Part shown: positions 28,101 through 41,800 of the stretch, one piece after another | Position numbering within the stretch: position 1 is the first letter of the stretch | How the letters are laid out: every line of letters begins with the position of its first letter | NCBI GenBank assembly: GCA_001643675.2 | Contig: LSRY02000055.1 | Location: forward strand, 434,001 to 498,000 | Length of the DNA: 64,000 nt | Direction: 5' to 3' | From: Monocercomonoides exilis PA203 | Lineage: Eukaryota; Protista; Preaxostyla | The notes under the pieces: generated by a model | What the model saw: only the letters and a program-made list of their open reading frames with translations | Databases searched by the model: none | Told to the model about the DNA's origin: nothing | Position numbers and translations under genes: made by a program

Positions 28101-31100
28101 GTTCATCGAATGACGATGGGGATCACTCAATTGGATATGTCTTTGTCAAGGCGATTGGAGGAGATATGATATTGGAAAAATTGTTGATTGATCGGACATT
28201 GGTGTTTGAAAGCAGCTCGTTGGTTCAATTTGTCGGGGGCGTGAACTTTGTGCGCTTTTCAGAATGCAAAGTCTCAAGCGTGGAAAAGAAATATGGGAAC
28301 GGAGGATGGGTTGTTGGAACAGTTGGTGTGGACAGAGGGGCTGGGCTAAATGGAAGAGTTGAAATAGACACGTGCACAGTTAAAAATTGCAAATGCCATG
28401 GAAAAGACGGAAAAGAAGGAAGAGGAGGAGGGTTGTGTGTGAGTGTGACGGGAGAAGGAAGTGTTGTTGTGAATGGATCGACGAAAATCGATGGATGCGA
28501 GGCGAATAAGCTTGAAGCAAATGAAGGGACAGGGGGAGGATTGCAGCTGGAGATGCTGAGCACGAAGAGCAAGTTGGAAATTGCATCAGAAGTTAAATTT
28601 TCATCTTCATTTTTTAACAAAGCAAAATATGGGAAAGACGTGTTTGTGAGCTGTGGGAGTGGTGTGCTATTGGACTCAAAAATAGATGCAACAACATTTA
28701 AGTTTTTTGATTCAAGCGAAATACCAACAGATGTGCTGAAGTTGTGCGGGAGCGAGGATGGGAACGGAGAGAAAGTGATTCCGCTGTTTGTGTATTTGTT
28801 CACCATCGAATCGAAGCTGACTGTCGATGGGAGCGGAGAGAGGGCATTGGATCACAGCTACTGTGGATTTGAGAAGTTTGGGTGTGAAACAATCAATTAT
28901 TGCATGAGCACTCGAGTTCCGAAAGGCTTCCAAAGAGTTGAGGTTTCTTCTGAATCATCAATAAAGGATGAAGTCATCGGGCCTTCATTCGATGTGAGTG
29001 TTTCGGGGAAAGTGACAGCAGGAGAAGAGATAACAAGGGTGAAAGTGAATGTGGTTGAAGAAGGATCAAGCACACAAGATTGGTTTGTCGGATGTTCGAA
29101 TTCTCTGACTATAAGCAGTATTTCATTTGTTGTGAAAGGACAGTTGAGTTCGAGAAGAAGAGCACTCATCCATTCATCATCAACACTGCGTCTGGCGAGC
29201 TGTTCAGTGTCATTTGAAAGTGGAGCATTTACGGGTGGAAAGATAGGATACAACGTGTTGAATGTTGCGGGAGGAGAACTGATTGTGGATGGATTGATGA
29301 TGGAAAGTGTAACGACACTGACGATGAACGGCAAATCACCAATAACAATAAGCAATGGAGAGAAGCTGGAGATAAAGAACAGCAGAGTGAGTGGAGTGAC
29401 GGTGGAAGGTGGGAGCGTAGAAGGAAGAGGTTGCATCAGTGCTGCGATAAAAGAAGGAGGAAGCGCAGTTGTGGATAACTGCAGCATTTCAACAACATGC
29501 ACAGGGGGAGGTGGGATGAAAGGAGGAGGGATGATGATTTCAGCTGAGAACGGAGGAAGTTTGGAGATTAATAGCGTAACATTCACAGGATGCCAGGTGC
29601 CAACAGAGGACAACTTGCAGAAAGGAAGAGGAATGGGAGGAGGGATGTTTGTTGAATTGGCAGATACAATGGGATCATTTCAGATGGAAGGAGTGACATT
29701 CAGCAGGTGCAATGCTTGGAAAGGGAAGAAAGTGTTCATATCGGGAAATGAGCTGGACGATGTTATGTCAAACGAACAACTGAAATGGGGGTTGAGTGCA
29801 AGTGATGAGAAGTCATTGGATGAGCTGTGTGGATGGGAGAGAGCAAGCACAGATGAGGGATATGTGATTCCATTGGTTGTGTATTTGTGGAGGAACTGGA
29901 GCAAAGATGGGTTTGTATCGAATGAAAAAGGAGGAGACTTCAGTGGGTGTGGCTTTTCTGAAGCACCGTGTTCATCGATCAATCACCTGATATCACTGAG
30001 ATATTCGACACTTGGAAAAGGCGAATCCCAGATCAGCATTGGGGATTCAGGGTTGCTGAGCCATTCGATATCATTCTTGTCTTCGTTGCCAACTTTGCCA
30101 GATTCAGAGGCTCCAGCAGTTGTGATAAAAGGAACAAAGAAAGGGACAGCTGTGACAATATCTGATGAAGATGGGAATGATCTGAAAGATTCAATGATAT
30201 CATCGAATGTGAGTCTGTCGTTTGTGAATGTCTCGTTCACCAAACCCAGCACAACCACCAATCATGCAGTATTCATTGAATCATCAGGAACGAATTCAGT
30301 CTTGTCAGTTACGGACTGCTCATTTGGGTCAGCTGGCGGGAATGTTGAAAGTTTTGAGTGTTGCCTGATAAAAGTGAACGGAGGGAGCGCAGCAGTTCAG
30401 AGCTGCACTTTGAATAAGATCAACGAATTGAAAGGATTCATTGCATTCAGCCAAACTGCGAGCCAGGTGACGATCCAGAATGTGAACATTTCATCAGCGA
30501 CTTTGAAAGAAAATAGCCTGATTTCGATGATAGAAGAGGAAAACCAGATGAATGGAAATGAAAACACTCGTTTGAATGGCAACAAGCCTGTGTTGAAAGT
30601 TGTGTACTGTTCGTTTGAAAACATCATAAACGAAGGAAGCAGAGCAAGTGCGATTGAATTGGGATCGTTTGATTATGCGATGAAATGCACGATCGAAGAC
30701 TGCACAATGTCCACGTGCAGGAGCGATTCGAACACAGAAGGAGGAGGAATGAAATTGGTGCTGAAGAGTGAAGAATCGGTTTTGAAGGTGAATGGGAGCA
30801 CGTTTTCGACATGCAGATGCTCGACGGGATCAGGGCGCGGTGGAGGGCTGTATATCGATGGAGCAGACCCACGAAATGTTAACATTGATGATGAAAGTCA
30901 GATTCCATCACTGAATTTCAAGATTGTGAATATCTTGTTCAGGCTGAACGACGCATTTGTGGGGAAAGACATATTCATCAAATGCCATTCAATTGGGCAC
31001 CAGATCAACGAAACACTGTTCTCGCTGAACTACAACCAGGAATCATTGGGCACAAACAACTCCATCTGCGGGAGTGATTCGGAGGGGAAAACTGACATGG

Positions 31101-34031
31101 ATGTTATTCCGCTGATCACATTCTTCAAAAGGTCTTCAAGTGTTTTTGAATGGGTCGGGGGATGATGGCAGACGATGCGGAGCTCAGGGCAACCCATGCA
31201 GCAGCATCAACGAAGCGATTGACCACATTGAGCAAGGAGTGATGAATGCGATTCTGATTGACGGAGAAGGGACTGTGACAAAGGAATGTGTGATTGGAGA
31301 TCTGAATGTGAACTCATACAAAAAGACACAGGCGATTGTGAAGCTGAAATCTAAGATTGAGAAATCGGCAGAGAAGGATTGCATCATGGAGTTTATAAAT
31401 GAAAGCGCTGTGGAGAGGTGCTCATTCGAGTTTGAAGATACGTTTGAGGCTTCTCACAGCTACATCATGAAAGTGAAGAACGGGTCAATGGAGATCCAAA
31501 AATGCGAGTTCTACTCATCAGCAACAGCAGAAGACATGAAGCTGAGCAGTTCGGTTGTGAGCGTGGAAAGCGGAGAGCTGAGGATATTTGATTCAGCATT
31601 TAGAGATTTGCACTCAACAGGGTCAATATTATTATTCAACAGAGAATCGAATGTGACGCTGCTTGAAACGAGCATTTCAAATATCAAAAGTGAGGGAGAT
31701 GTTGTGAGTGTTGGAGGAAAAGCGAAGGTGGTGATGAAGATCATGAGGATAGAGAATGTGAGTGTAGCATCAGAAAGATGTGTTGTTGCGATGGAAGACG
31801 CAGAACAGGAGGTGAGTGTGCTGAACTGCTCGTTTGAAAAAAGCGCGAATTCGGTGGAGAAGGGAAGCATGATGCAGATAAGGCGATCCAAGGAAGTGAA
31901 GGTTGAGATATGTGTGTTTGATGGAGAAAAAGAGGAGAAAGAAGCAGAGACAGTGAATGAAGAACAAGGAAGAGGAGAGAAATTATGCGAATGGAGCGGC
32001 TCGTTGATTGACATTGAAAACAGCAATGTGGAGATGAAGGAAACAACAGTTATGAAGAGCAAAGAAGGAGGGCTGTGGGTGAGTGGAGGCAGCTTGATGA
32101 TAGAAAACAGCAAGTTTGAGAACAACAATCCATCTGTTGAGGGATATCCGTCAGCGCGAAGGAATGTGATCTGCACAGGGAACAGCGAGCTGAATGTTGC
32201 AAGTGTGAAAGGTGGAGACGGACTGAAAGATAACTCATCGCTTTGGATTTTGGACGAAGGATGTCAATTGGGAGGGATAGCGAGTGAAAGAACATCATCA
32301 TTTTTCATCCCAGTTCTGGAAGAAGTGAAGAACACAACACAGGCGAGTGGGGGCATGGACTTGAGCATCCGGGGGAAGCTGCTTCTTCCGTGCAACTTGT
32401 CGCTGAAGATAAGCATGAAAGACGGGGACGTTGAACTGATCCAAACACAAAAGATAGAAGAAAATGAGTGTGTTTCAGAAAACGAAATTCATTCGGTTAT
32501 CACGTCAGAGCAGGTGGAAGTGATGGGAAAGAAAACAGAAGTGAGCATGAGCATTCTGTTTGGGAAAGGGAATTCATTATCCTCTAATAAATTGGTTGTG
32601 ATAAATAAAACTGTTTCTCCTTCAACTGGAGATGATAGAATTTCAGAAGGAGGTAATAAAAACGTTTCCAATGGATTTTCAATTAACACTTTAATCATCA
32701 TAATTTTTGCGGTGTTATTCATAATTGTGCTTATTGTTGCAATTGTGTTGGCTATTAGATGGCGGAAATCAAAGAGAAGAACTGAAGAGCTGGAAGAAAT
32801 TGTAAATGACACAGTAAAGAAAGATCCGAAAGCGTTTGAGATGGTGACAATGGACATGTCTCCAGAAGATCAGTGGAGAAAAGCTGAAAAGGATGCAGAA
32901 AGAATAAATAATGAAAAGATGAAAATCAGATATGGAGGAAAGAAAATGGCACATTCTGAATCGTCCGAGTATCTATTAGCCGAAAGTGGTTCCACTGAAT
33001 ACATATTGGGACATGATTCAGACAAAATACCAAACTGGGCACTTGAAAAAGCTGATGAAAAAGAAGATGATGAGATAACAAGAAAAAGATCACCATCTCC
33101 ATCAATATCTTCAACTTCCACAAATGATTCTGATTCATCATTCGTTCGAATGGAGGATATGTGCCCTACAACTTCTTCTATGTCGAATCTGGTAGATGCG
33201 ATGGCCTGTTCGTCTCCTCATGAGAAGTTGATTGTGGATTTGAGAGATTCACTGTTCATGCTGCTTCATGGAAAGAATGAAAAGAAAGAAATGGCAATTG
33301 GAAATCTCCAACAAAGAGAAATGACTGGAGCACAAATATTATTCTGGGTTGCTAATGGAGCATTGCACTCATTTGATGAAATGGAAGTTCCTCTTCAATC
33401 TCTTGATAATCTTAGTCCTCATATTGTGTTGTTTTCAGAACATATGGTAATTACAATTGCACTTCATTCAGACTGCTCCTCTGATGATTCCGATTCATCT
33501 TCGATATCATCTTCAACATTGGCAACATCTTCATCAGATTGCTCATCAATTAATAAAAGAAACAAAAAATCACCAATTCCTTCTTCTGCTTTTGAAGAAG
33601 ATGATGATAGCATGAAGGAGAGTTTAAGATGGAAGGCACCAGAACTAATGATGAACAGGAAAATGGTTGCAAATAAGAAAACTGTCGCTTTCACAATTGG
33701 AATGATGTTGTGGGAATGTCTGACATTACAAATTCCGTTTGGAGAATATGAAGCTGCTGCTGCAGGACAAAAAATTGTGAACGGAGAAAGGCCTGACTTG
33801 AAGAGAATTGAGGCTAGTTCATTGAATGAGGCTGCAAACATATGTCTCCAAATGAGACCTGAATTTAGGCCGAAGCTTGGTGAGCTCAAGAGAGAGTTTA
33901 TCAAACTATTCCCTGCAGGAGCAACTGTCTTAACAATTTCAGACGCAGTAGATTATGAAACAGTTTCAGATAACAATGGAGAAAGTGTTGTTGTTGAAGT
34001 TGAGAGTTGCACAACAATGAATGAAATGTAA
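25109..34031 (+). CDS. ~2900-aa receptor-like surface protein: signal peptide, beta-helix repeats, TM helix, kinase-C-lobe-like tail; frameshifted
   Basis: N-terminal MLSLLFIVGIASCVEA. Several frameshifts in 25790-26490. ORFs of 1557 aa and 963 aa are joined by one extra A at ~31127-31130 (FFK-GLQVFLN). TM is LIIIIFAVLFIIVLIVAIVLAI and the tail is LRWKAPEL..GMMLWECLTLQIPF..GERP. Confidence 0.85.
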
Positions 34032-34559
34032 TATATAAAATTATCAATTTTTTTTTTATTTTTTTTTTTTAATAATTTTTAAATTGTTTTTAAATTCACT
34101 TTTTCACTTGACAAAGAGTTTTCTCTCTTTAAAGTCAATTTGAATCGTGATTTTTATTTTAGCACTTCATTTCATTTTTGATAAATTAAAAATTATATAT
34201 GTTCATATTCAAATTTTTCATTAAAAATGATAAATTATTCATTTTGAATAAGAATTAAATACTGATGAAATAATTTTGTTTCACTCAAACAATATAGATT
34301 GACTAATAAACCCGAACATTTTCGTTAATTTAGTATTTTTATTTGTTCGTTAAAACAGTATAAATTCAACATAAAAATATGAAAAGCAAGGCATATTCAC
34401 ACTTCACTTGCAAGCCAAAAATAATTCAAACAACATTGTTATAATTTTTTAATTGTAGAAATGCATAAATGGCATGTTAATAATAGCGGGTTTTAGTTAT
34501 TCCAATTTCAAAAGTGTATGAAAAAATAAAAAATATAATTTTTAAAAATGATCAAAAAT

Positions 34560-35600
34560 GTTAAGATTCAGAATATTCACTAGCATCTGCTCCATCTCCT
34601 GGGTCGTCGTAATCTTCTTCATGAATTTCAACTGCTTCCTGCTCAATTTAAAGAACATCTGCTTCATCGTCTCATTCTCCATCATCATTGTCATAGGGAA
34701 ATGCAGCTTCTGTGAACTTGTTATTAGTGACTTTCAACACAAATTCTTGGAACAGCATATCTTTTTCTTGTTGAAACATGAATGAAGCAATAAAATCATC
34801 GATGAACTTTTCTTTCATTTAGCAAGGAGGCAATGATCTTCTGAAATGAGACCAACAACCTTCTATCAAATTTGAACATACTCCTGTTTCTATATTTTTG
34901 AATTCGTATTTGTGGCAAACTGTCAAATGTTTGAATCCATATTCATTCAAAGACTTATCCGCACACTACTCATTACTGAAAATTGTTGTTCATTTCTAAA
35001 TGCTGGCTTCAATGATGGGTTTCGGAGCATCCTTTTTTCTATTTGAAACTCTGACAATAAAACATTCCACAACTTCATTGTTTTCTTTTCTTTCTTCATA
35101 TCCAAAAAGCCAAATATGTCACTTTTTTTTCCCTTTATGGAACTTTCTTTTCTCAAAATTGCTCCATCTGTTTTCACAATACATCCTTCTCCTCCAAGAA
35201 TAAACCTCACACTCGACATTCGAATTCCGATTGATGCTCGAGCAACAGAATACCAATAACCGACTGTATTTCAACCAACTCCAGTCAAATATGAGCACTG
35301 ATCAATTCGAAAATTTTGCTCGAAATGCAAAAGAATAAGAAATAATTTATTGATTTAAAGATGAATTCGATAAAAAGCTGTCTCCTTCAAATATGAAACG
35401 AATTTGTTGCATGTTGAACATCTCCATTATCGATTTGTTTCATCGACTGTTGTTTATTTCATATATCTTCTACAAGATGGGTATTTTTTCGTTTCATTGA
35501 AGTTGTTTATATGAATGAACCACTCCCAACTCTTTTCTAAATATTGAAAAAGCTTGTTATAATCAGCAACATCTGATTTCTTATCAGGAACAAGAGACAT
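34560..35600 (-). pseudogene. Decayed Merlin/IS1595-like transposase
   Basis: Fragments LGGEGCIVKTDGAI, HLTVCHKYEFKNIETGVCSNLIEGCW and an acidic tail (DDPGDGADASEYS) match the intact transposase at 45700-46758. Confidence 0.85.
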
Positions 35601-36400
35601 GGGTGAAAAAATGATTAATAAACATTCGATTATTTTTGATATAAATATTCATATTAACAAAATTTCCATATTTTGAACACAAATAAAAAATTATAATTAT
35701 GGTATTTTTGATCTTTTCAAAAAAATTTTTCATTTTTAATATACGATTTTCCGCTGCTAATTTAAATTGATAATTGCTTGTAATAAATATTTTTTATTGT
35801 TTTGATATAAAATATGGGGCTAAATATTCTGCTTCAGGCATTTTCATTGAAAAATTATGCACTTTTCATTAACTTTTTTGTATCAAAAAACACAATAAAA
35901 ATGGGTCCATTTTTTGACATTCGTGAAATGTTGGAAAACTTGATATTTTGATTTCAACGATACCTGTTTTCGGATATGAAAATCAAATTTATTACAAAAT
36001 CTGTAAAAGCGAAATAAAGTTATGAGTGAAACAATTTTTTCATGCTTTGTGCATAAAAAGCTTGAAAGTTCGTATTTTCCCCCATATTTTAATATTTACA
36101 TGTAAGGTTAAGTGTGCATTTGCCAAAAGCAAACTTTCACTGTATATTTTTCTATTTTATGACAGAAGAAAACTTTATTTGTTTCAATTTCAGTTTTTGA
36201 TGAAGATCGAAGGAATTTTTAATTTATTTTTGATCATTTGTTTTTATTGTTTTTAATCAACTCTCTTTTCCTTTCTGTTTTTTGGTTCAAGGTCATGAAA
36301 CATATGTATGGGTAATTCTTTTTGAAAAGTCGCTAATGTTTAATTTTCAAATAAATAAAAAATTTCATATATTGCTCAAATTTCGGTAAATGTTTATCAT

Positions 36401-36834
36401 AGGGGAACTCGAATTATTCATAATTTTTATTTTAAAATGGCATAAAATAGTATAAGAATCATCTGCTAATTAATTAAAATTTGAGATCATCTAATTTTTT
36501 TTGATAAATAATAATCAAGAATTTTTAATATTAATGGGATAGATTTTAACTACTCCTTTTTTGAGTGCTAACCCTAAAAAGAAGAACAGGAATAAAATCC
36601 TAAACTCAAGATATGTTAAGCTAACCCAAGAACATAAACAAATCTATTAATACAGAGATTATTTTGGAATATTTACCCAAAAAATGAAAAAATACTGAGT
36701 CAGATCAAAATGTTTTGATTGAAAAAATGAAATTTTAATGATTGATGATCTCAAATTTTTATTAATTTGTAAATGATTCTTATACAATATTATTTCCGTT
36801 TAATATAAAAATTTAGAAAAATTCGTGTTCCCCT
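36401..36834. mobile_element. MITE-like element with ~90-bp imperfect TIRs
   Basis: AGGGGAACTCGAATT..TATAAGAATCAT..ATTTGAGATCATC versus GATGATCTCAAAT..ATGATTCTTATA..AATTCGTGTTCCCCT. ATCAT flanks both sides; alternatively a TA TSD around GGGG..CCCC. Confidence 0.8.
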
Positions 36835-36850
36835 ATCATCTCCTTTTGTC

Positions 36851-37533
36851 CAAATTTCGGTTCCTGCTCATGTAACTTCACAAGAATATGTTAAATAGCA
36901 TGGTCAAATTATATCCTCCACTTTGGTGAAGTTGCATAAGCGGGAACCGAAATTTGATCAAGATATGAAATTTTTGATTTATTTGAAAATTTAACATTCT
37001 TAACTTTCCAAAACAAGATAAATAATGTCAAAATTTATTTTAAAAGTTCCTTTTATTTGATTTTCAAATAAAATAAAATTTTTATATAATTATCGATTTT
37101 TTATTCCCACAGATTTAACTTTCCCAAAATGGATATCAAAACCTCAACAATGTTTTTATTCACATTTTTTTGAAGTTTCAAATTTGGGAACGAAAATTTT
37201 TTCGACATGGGTGATTATTTTAGATATCATATTTTTTCATTAAAAAATTTCGGTTCAAATGTATTACTAAAATATCAATTTAAAAAAAATAGAAAAGGGA
37301 AAAGGCTTATTGAGTGCATGTTAATCTTTGATTCAGATAAACCATTTGTTGTTCAAAACAATTATCATACTTTTTCTCTTTTGAAAACAATTTTTTTTTA
37401 AAAAAAATCAATAATTTGAGAAAAATATCCTCCCCGAAAAAAAATAAGATTTCAAAAATAATCACACACATATGTAATTTTTATTCTTTTTGAAAATAAA
37501 ACAAAAAGAACTTCTCAAAAAAATTTTGACATA
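36851..37533. repeat. Cluster of fold-back modules related to 5042-5545
   Basis: Hairpin arms at 36851-36881 and 36926-36956 (28/31). Other shared motifs: AAAAGTTCCTTTT (~37043), GGGTGATTATTTTT (37209), TTCAAAAATAATCAC (~37451), AAGAACTTCTCAAAAAAATTTTGACA (~37507). Confidence 0.7.
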
Positions 37534-38110
37534 TATTCCTTTTAATATATCACAATTGTCATAACAAAATCTTTTGAAAATGTTGATTCCTTTGACATTC
37601 CACTATTTTTATAATTTGCCCAAAAATGAAACATTTTCACTAAAATAAATTTCATTCCTTTTCATTGAAAATAATGTGATTAAAGTTAATTCAAAAAGAT
37701 AAGAAATTCATATTCATACAAAAAATAAATGTTTTTCTTATTTTTTACCAAAGAGACTTTGAAAAAAAAAATAATTGGAAAATGAAATACATATCTTTTG
37801 GAATTCATTAAATGTGTCTGTAAATTAGCTATTTCCTTTTGATTATTCAAAAGAATGAATAAAATTACAATTAATTTATCATTCAAGAAATGATTTTTGA
37901 AATTGAAAAAAAAAATCTGAATATTGATTAATTGATTGATTTAATTTAAAAAAAAACCAGTTTTTTTTAAGAAATTGCATTTGATGGGTTGAAAAATAAC
38001 TAAAAATCTTCCGAAATCCATCTTCGAGATTAAAGAAAATTTTCAGTTATAAAAGAATTTCGTTATAGAATTTATTAAATGAAACATTAGATGAATTTTG
38101 AGTAGAATTT

Positions 38111-38211
38111 TTTATTCAAATAAACTGGTTTATTCAAATGAACTCATGTTTATTCAAATAAATCTGGTTTATTTGAAAAAACCGAGTTCATTTAAGGTAA
38201 ACTGAGTTCAT
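38111..38211. repeat. Degenerate ~20-bp minisatellite
   Basis: About five TTTATTCAAATAAACTGG-like units. Confidence 0.7.
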
Positions 38212-38871
38212 ATAAGTTTCGAAATTTTTGATAAAAAACAAATATTTTAAATGTGTCCAAATTTGATTGTTAAAACAAACAAATTTTATTTGTTTCATAA
38301 TGATGTTGTTTTGTGAATAATTTTTGTTGTTTTCTTCAAATTCTTTCAAAGATCATAAGGATCAAAATGTTAAAAAAACTGATAAAATTCTTTTGCACCA
38401 ACAAACGATTAAAAATAAATTAACATTACATCCATTGATTGTTACATCTTCAAATTATGTAATCCACATGTTTTAACTTTTAATAAAAATTGATGAAAAG
38501 AAGAATTTTATGAATTATGAAATATTAAGCATTTATTTATTTTCGCAAATAACGTTGATTGAAATAATGCTGAATAATGTGTTGGATTGTGAAAATATAT
38601 GTGCAAAAAACTTTATTACTGCTCTGCTTGGGCCAATAGCATTAAAAGACCGGAAAAAAATCAAAGACACATTTCTATGATCGATATGTACAAAAAACGG
38701 ATTTAAAAATAAACTTTATTATTTTCATCATTTCATAAAATAATGAACAAAACTCAAAAGCTATTCTCTTGCTATATTAGAGAAAATTTTTGAAAAATCA
38801 CCTCAGATCAAAAATTTAATCTATTATAAATTAATTTAATTCTTCACTCTCGAACTTTTATAAGATAAATA

Positions 38872-41800
38872 TAGCCCTGGGTGACGTGAAGAAAAAAGTT
38901 CGTCATGTCCGTCACAAATTTTCCACAAAAAAAAAAAAAAAAAAAAAAAGGACAGTCAATTTTTGTCGCCTTTTGTGAATGAAAGTTATTTGTTTTGCAT
39001 TCATTTTCAAATTTTTTCAATTTTAATGTGAGATCATAAAACCCCATTTTCTCATAATTAAAAAATGAAACAATTAATTACTTTAATATGACAAGTGTTT
39101 GCTCTTTTTAATTAAGGCAGAGACTGAATACTCCTTGTAGAAAAAATGCATATCGTCCTTATTGATAGACAATTTTTTTTCTTCATTCATAAGCTCATTC
39201 AAAAGGAATGATAAAAATTGTGCTCTTCTTCGGATTCAATTTTGCCAAATTGCGAGAAACGGGCAACACAAAAATTCTCTCAGGTTTGTTGTGAAAATGC
39301 GTTTGAATTCCTCATCATAATGATTTATTCTAAAGAAAAAAAATTTTCAAACTTGTTTTCGCAGATGGAATAATTTGATGAGGATGAATAAAAACAGAAA
39401 ACCCTTTAAAGTTTTGGATTTACTGAATGAGAATAAAATTTCGTCAGTTTTCGTAGAGCTGCTCAACAGAGTGCAGAAAAAGATTAAAGAAAGGAAAATA
39501 TTCACCTGAAAATTCAGTTTTCATATTAGAGTATGATGAATATCGCAAAATAATGAAGAGTTCACTGAATTGTTGCTTTCATTTTTCCGAGTTGAACGGA
39601 AGAGTTGAAAGGAATGATTGCTGATGAAACTGAGAAGAAAGAAGAAAAAGAGGGAAAAGCAGGTGATTGATCTTTGCGAATGCCAAGTTTCTCTGAGTGA
39701 AAACTACCCGCCTGGATTGCTTTCGATTTGTGTGCGTTGCTTTGTGAATGCTTTGTTGAAGAGAGAGGACTATGAGGAGATACAAACAGAAGTGAATATG
39801 GCTTTGCTGAGTTTGAGGCGTGTCAATGATATTCGGGTTTGAAACAATTTTTTGATTGTTATTTTTGTTATTTTTCAGAAAATAGAGAAAATATGGAATA
39901 GACGACAGAAAGAGAAGGATCCCTGAAGGAGCTGGCGGAAATCATGGAGTATCATCCAGAGCACAACAATCTGGCTGTGCTTGTGTGAGTCGGTCAGCTT
40001 GAGAGTTTTTGATTAGCCATGTTTATCTGCGAAGGATCATTGGAAACAGTCACCGCGAATGAGCCTGATTTTTGGAAGGAGGCAGCAAAGGAATTGGAAA
40101 TGAGAGAGAGAGAGAGAGAGAAGAAAGAAGATGATGATGATAATGAGAAAAAGAGATACTTTTGAAGAGATGGCTGTGAGCATTGGAGTCTTTCTTGTGC
40201 TCATGCGCGTTGTGGAGCAAAGAATATTCAGGGCCTATCAACAGGGTTGCTGGGGCAATTGGAGCATCAAAGGATACCAAGAGAGGAATGGGGAAGGAAT
40301 GAATTTGTTTTATTCTATGGAGCAATGGATGGCAGATTGATAGAAATTGAAGGGTTAATGAAAGGCAGAGCCATCGATGGCAGCTTGGAAGGGATCGTTC
40401 GATCAGAAGTTGGATGCACTCAGATTGAAATTTGTTTATCAGTTTTCGAAAGTCTTCGCGATGGAGTGGAGAACAAGAAGGAATAAGACAACAGCGAAAT
40501 AAAATGAAAAGCGATGAAGAGAGAAGTTTGGCTGAACAAAAGGAGGAAAAAGGATGAAAAGATGTCATGATGAGTTTTCATGAAATGTTTGATTATAACT
40601 TCAATACAATAATATCTGAAGTGAATTATGGTTGGATATTTCTGATCGATGCATGAACAATAGAGGAAATGAAATGATATTTATTTCATATCTCTAAATT
40701 TCAGTTTTTCTTGTTGTTGTGTCATTACACCAAACAGAAAATAATATGACTTGAAGTCTTTTGCAATAGTTATATTAATTCTCATATTTTTCAAAATTAA
40801 ATGAAAAGAAAAACGGAACGAGAAAATTTCTTTTGACTTTTCTTTTTCTTCTTTCCAATTTCAGAAGTTTTCCTCTTATGATTTGCATCACATCATTCTG
40901 AAAAAAAAATACAATTATCCATTCATTAATTCGATTGCTCCAGCAGCCTCCTTTCAGCACTTTTCTGAAAATTTGAGCAGATCAAACAATTTCATTTCAT
41001 TCATTTTCAGTATGAAAACCTTGAACAATGCCAGAAGAGCGCATAGGTCGGAAAATATAAAATTTTCTAGGTTAATAAACGATATTGAGAAGCTTTAACA
41101 TCATTATATAATCAAAATGCAAATTATAAACATTCAAAACAATCAAATTTCAAATCTTGACATTTCAAATTGCATCTCTTTTATAAAATAAGTGAAAATC
41201 ATCACAAAAGTTCAAAAAAAGAAAACTCACGTATAAAACACTTGATAATTCCAAATTTCACACAAAAAGTTATCTAATCAATGTTACACAAATCACAATT
41301 TTTCAAAACATTTTTGTTTTTGTGTCAATCAATTTTAAAATCTACTTTTAGCGAAAGCGCTTGATTGTTGAATATTTTCGTTAAAAAATCCATCAATGGC
41401 ATTTATAAATAAGTCATATGTGTATAAATCCTTTTACGAGTTCAATTCACATAAACTTTATTCATTGAACTTATGCTGTTGATGCAACATTTCATCATAA
41501 ATATTGGAATGAGTTTGTTCTTCTCTCTGGACTTTAAAATTTTCAACCTAATGATTAAAGTCTAACAAAAAAATCATGAAAGAAATAAATATGAAAACTT
41601 TATTCACATTTATTCCATATTCAGTATTTCACAATTAACTTGGGGGTGGAGAGGAGGAATGTACTTTCTTTCGTTTCAATTTTGTATTTTATTGTTTCTT
41701 TTATCTAAATAAAAGAATCGCTAAAATGCAATGTAATGTTATGGTTGTTTGATTCTGAAAAATTAAACAAAAACATTCTTGAGATATGGCTAACATGTTT

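Noticed and set aside
11040-33904. Numerous 60-250 aa ORFs antisense to the surface-protein genes
   Set aside because: Shadow ORFs arising from codon bias, with no motifs.
34470-35775. TIRs for the decayed Merlin copy
   Set aside because: Only a weak TAATAGCGG / CCGCTGCTAA match and no TSD.
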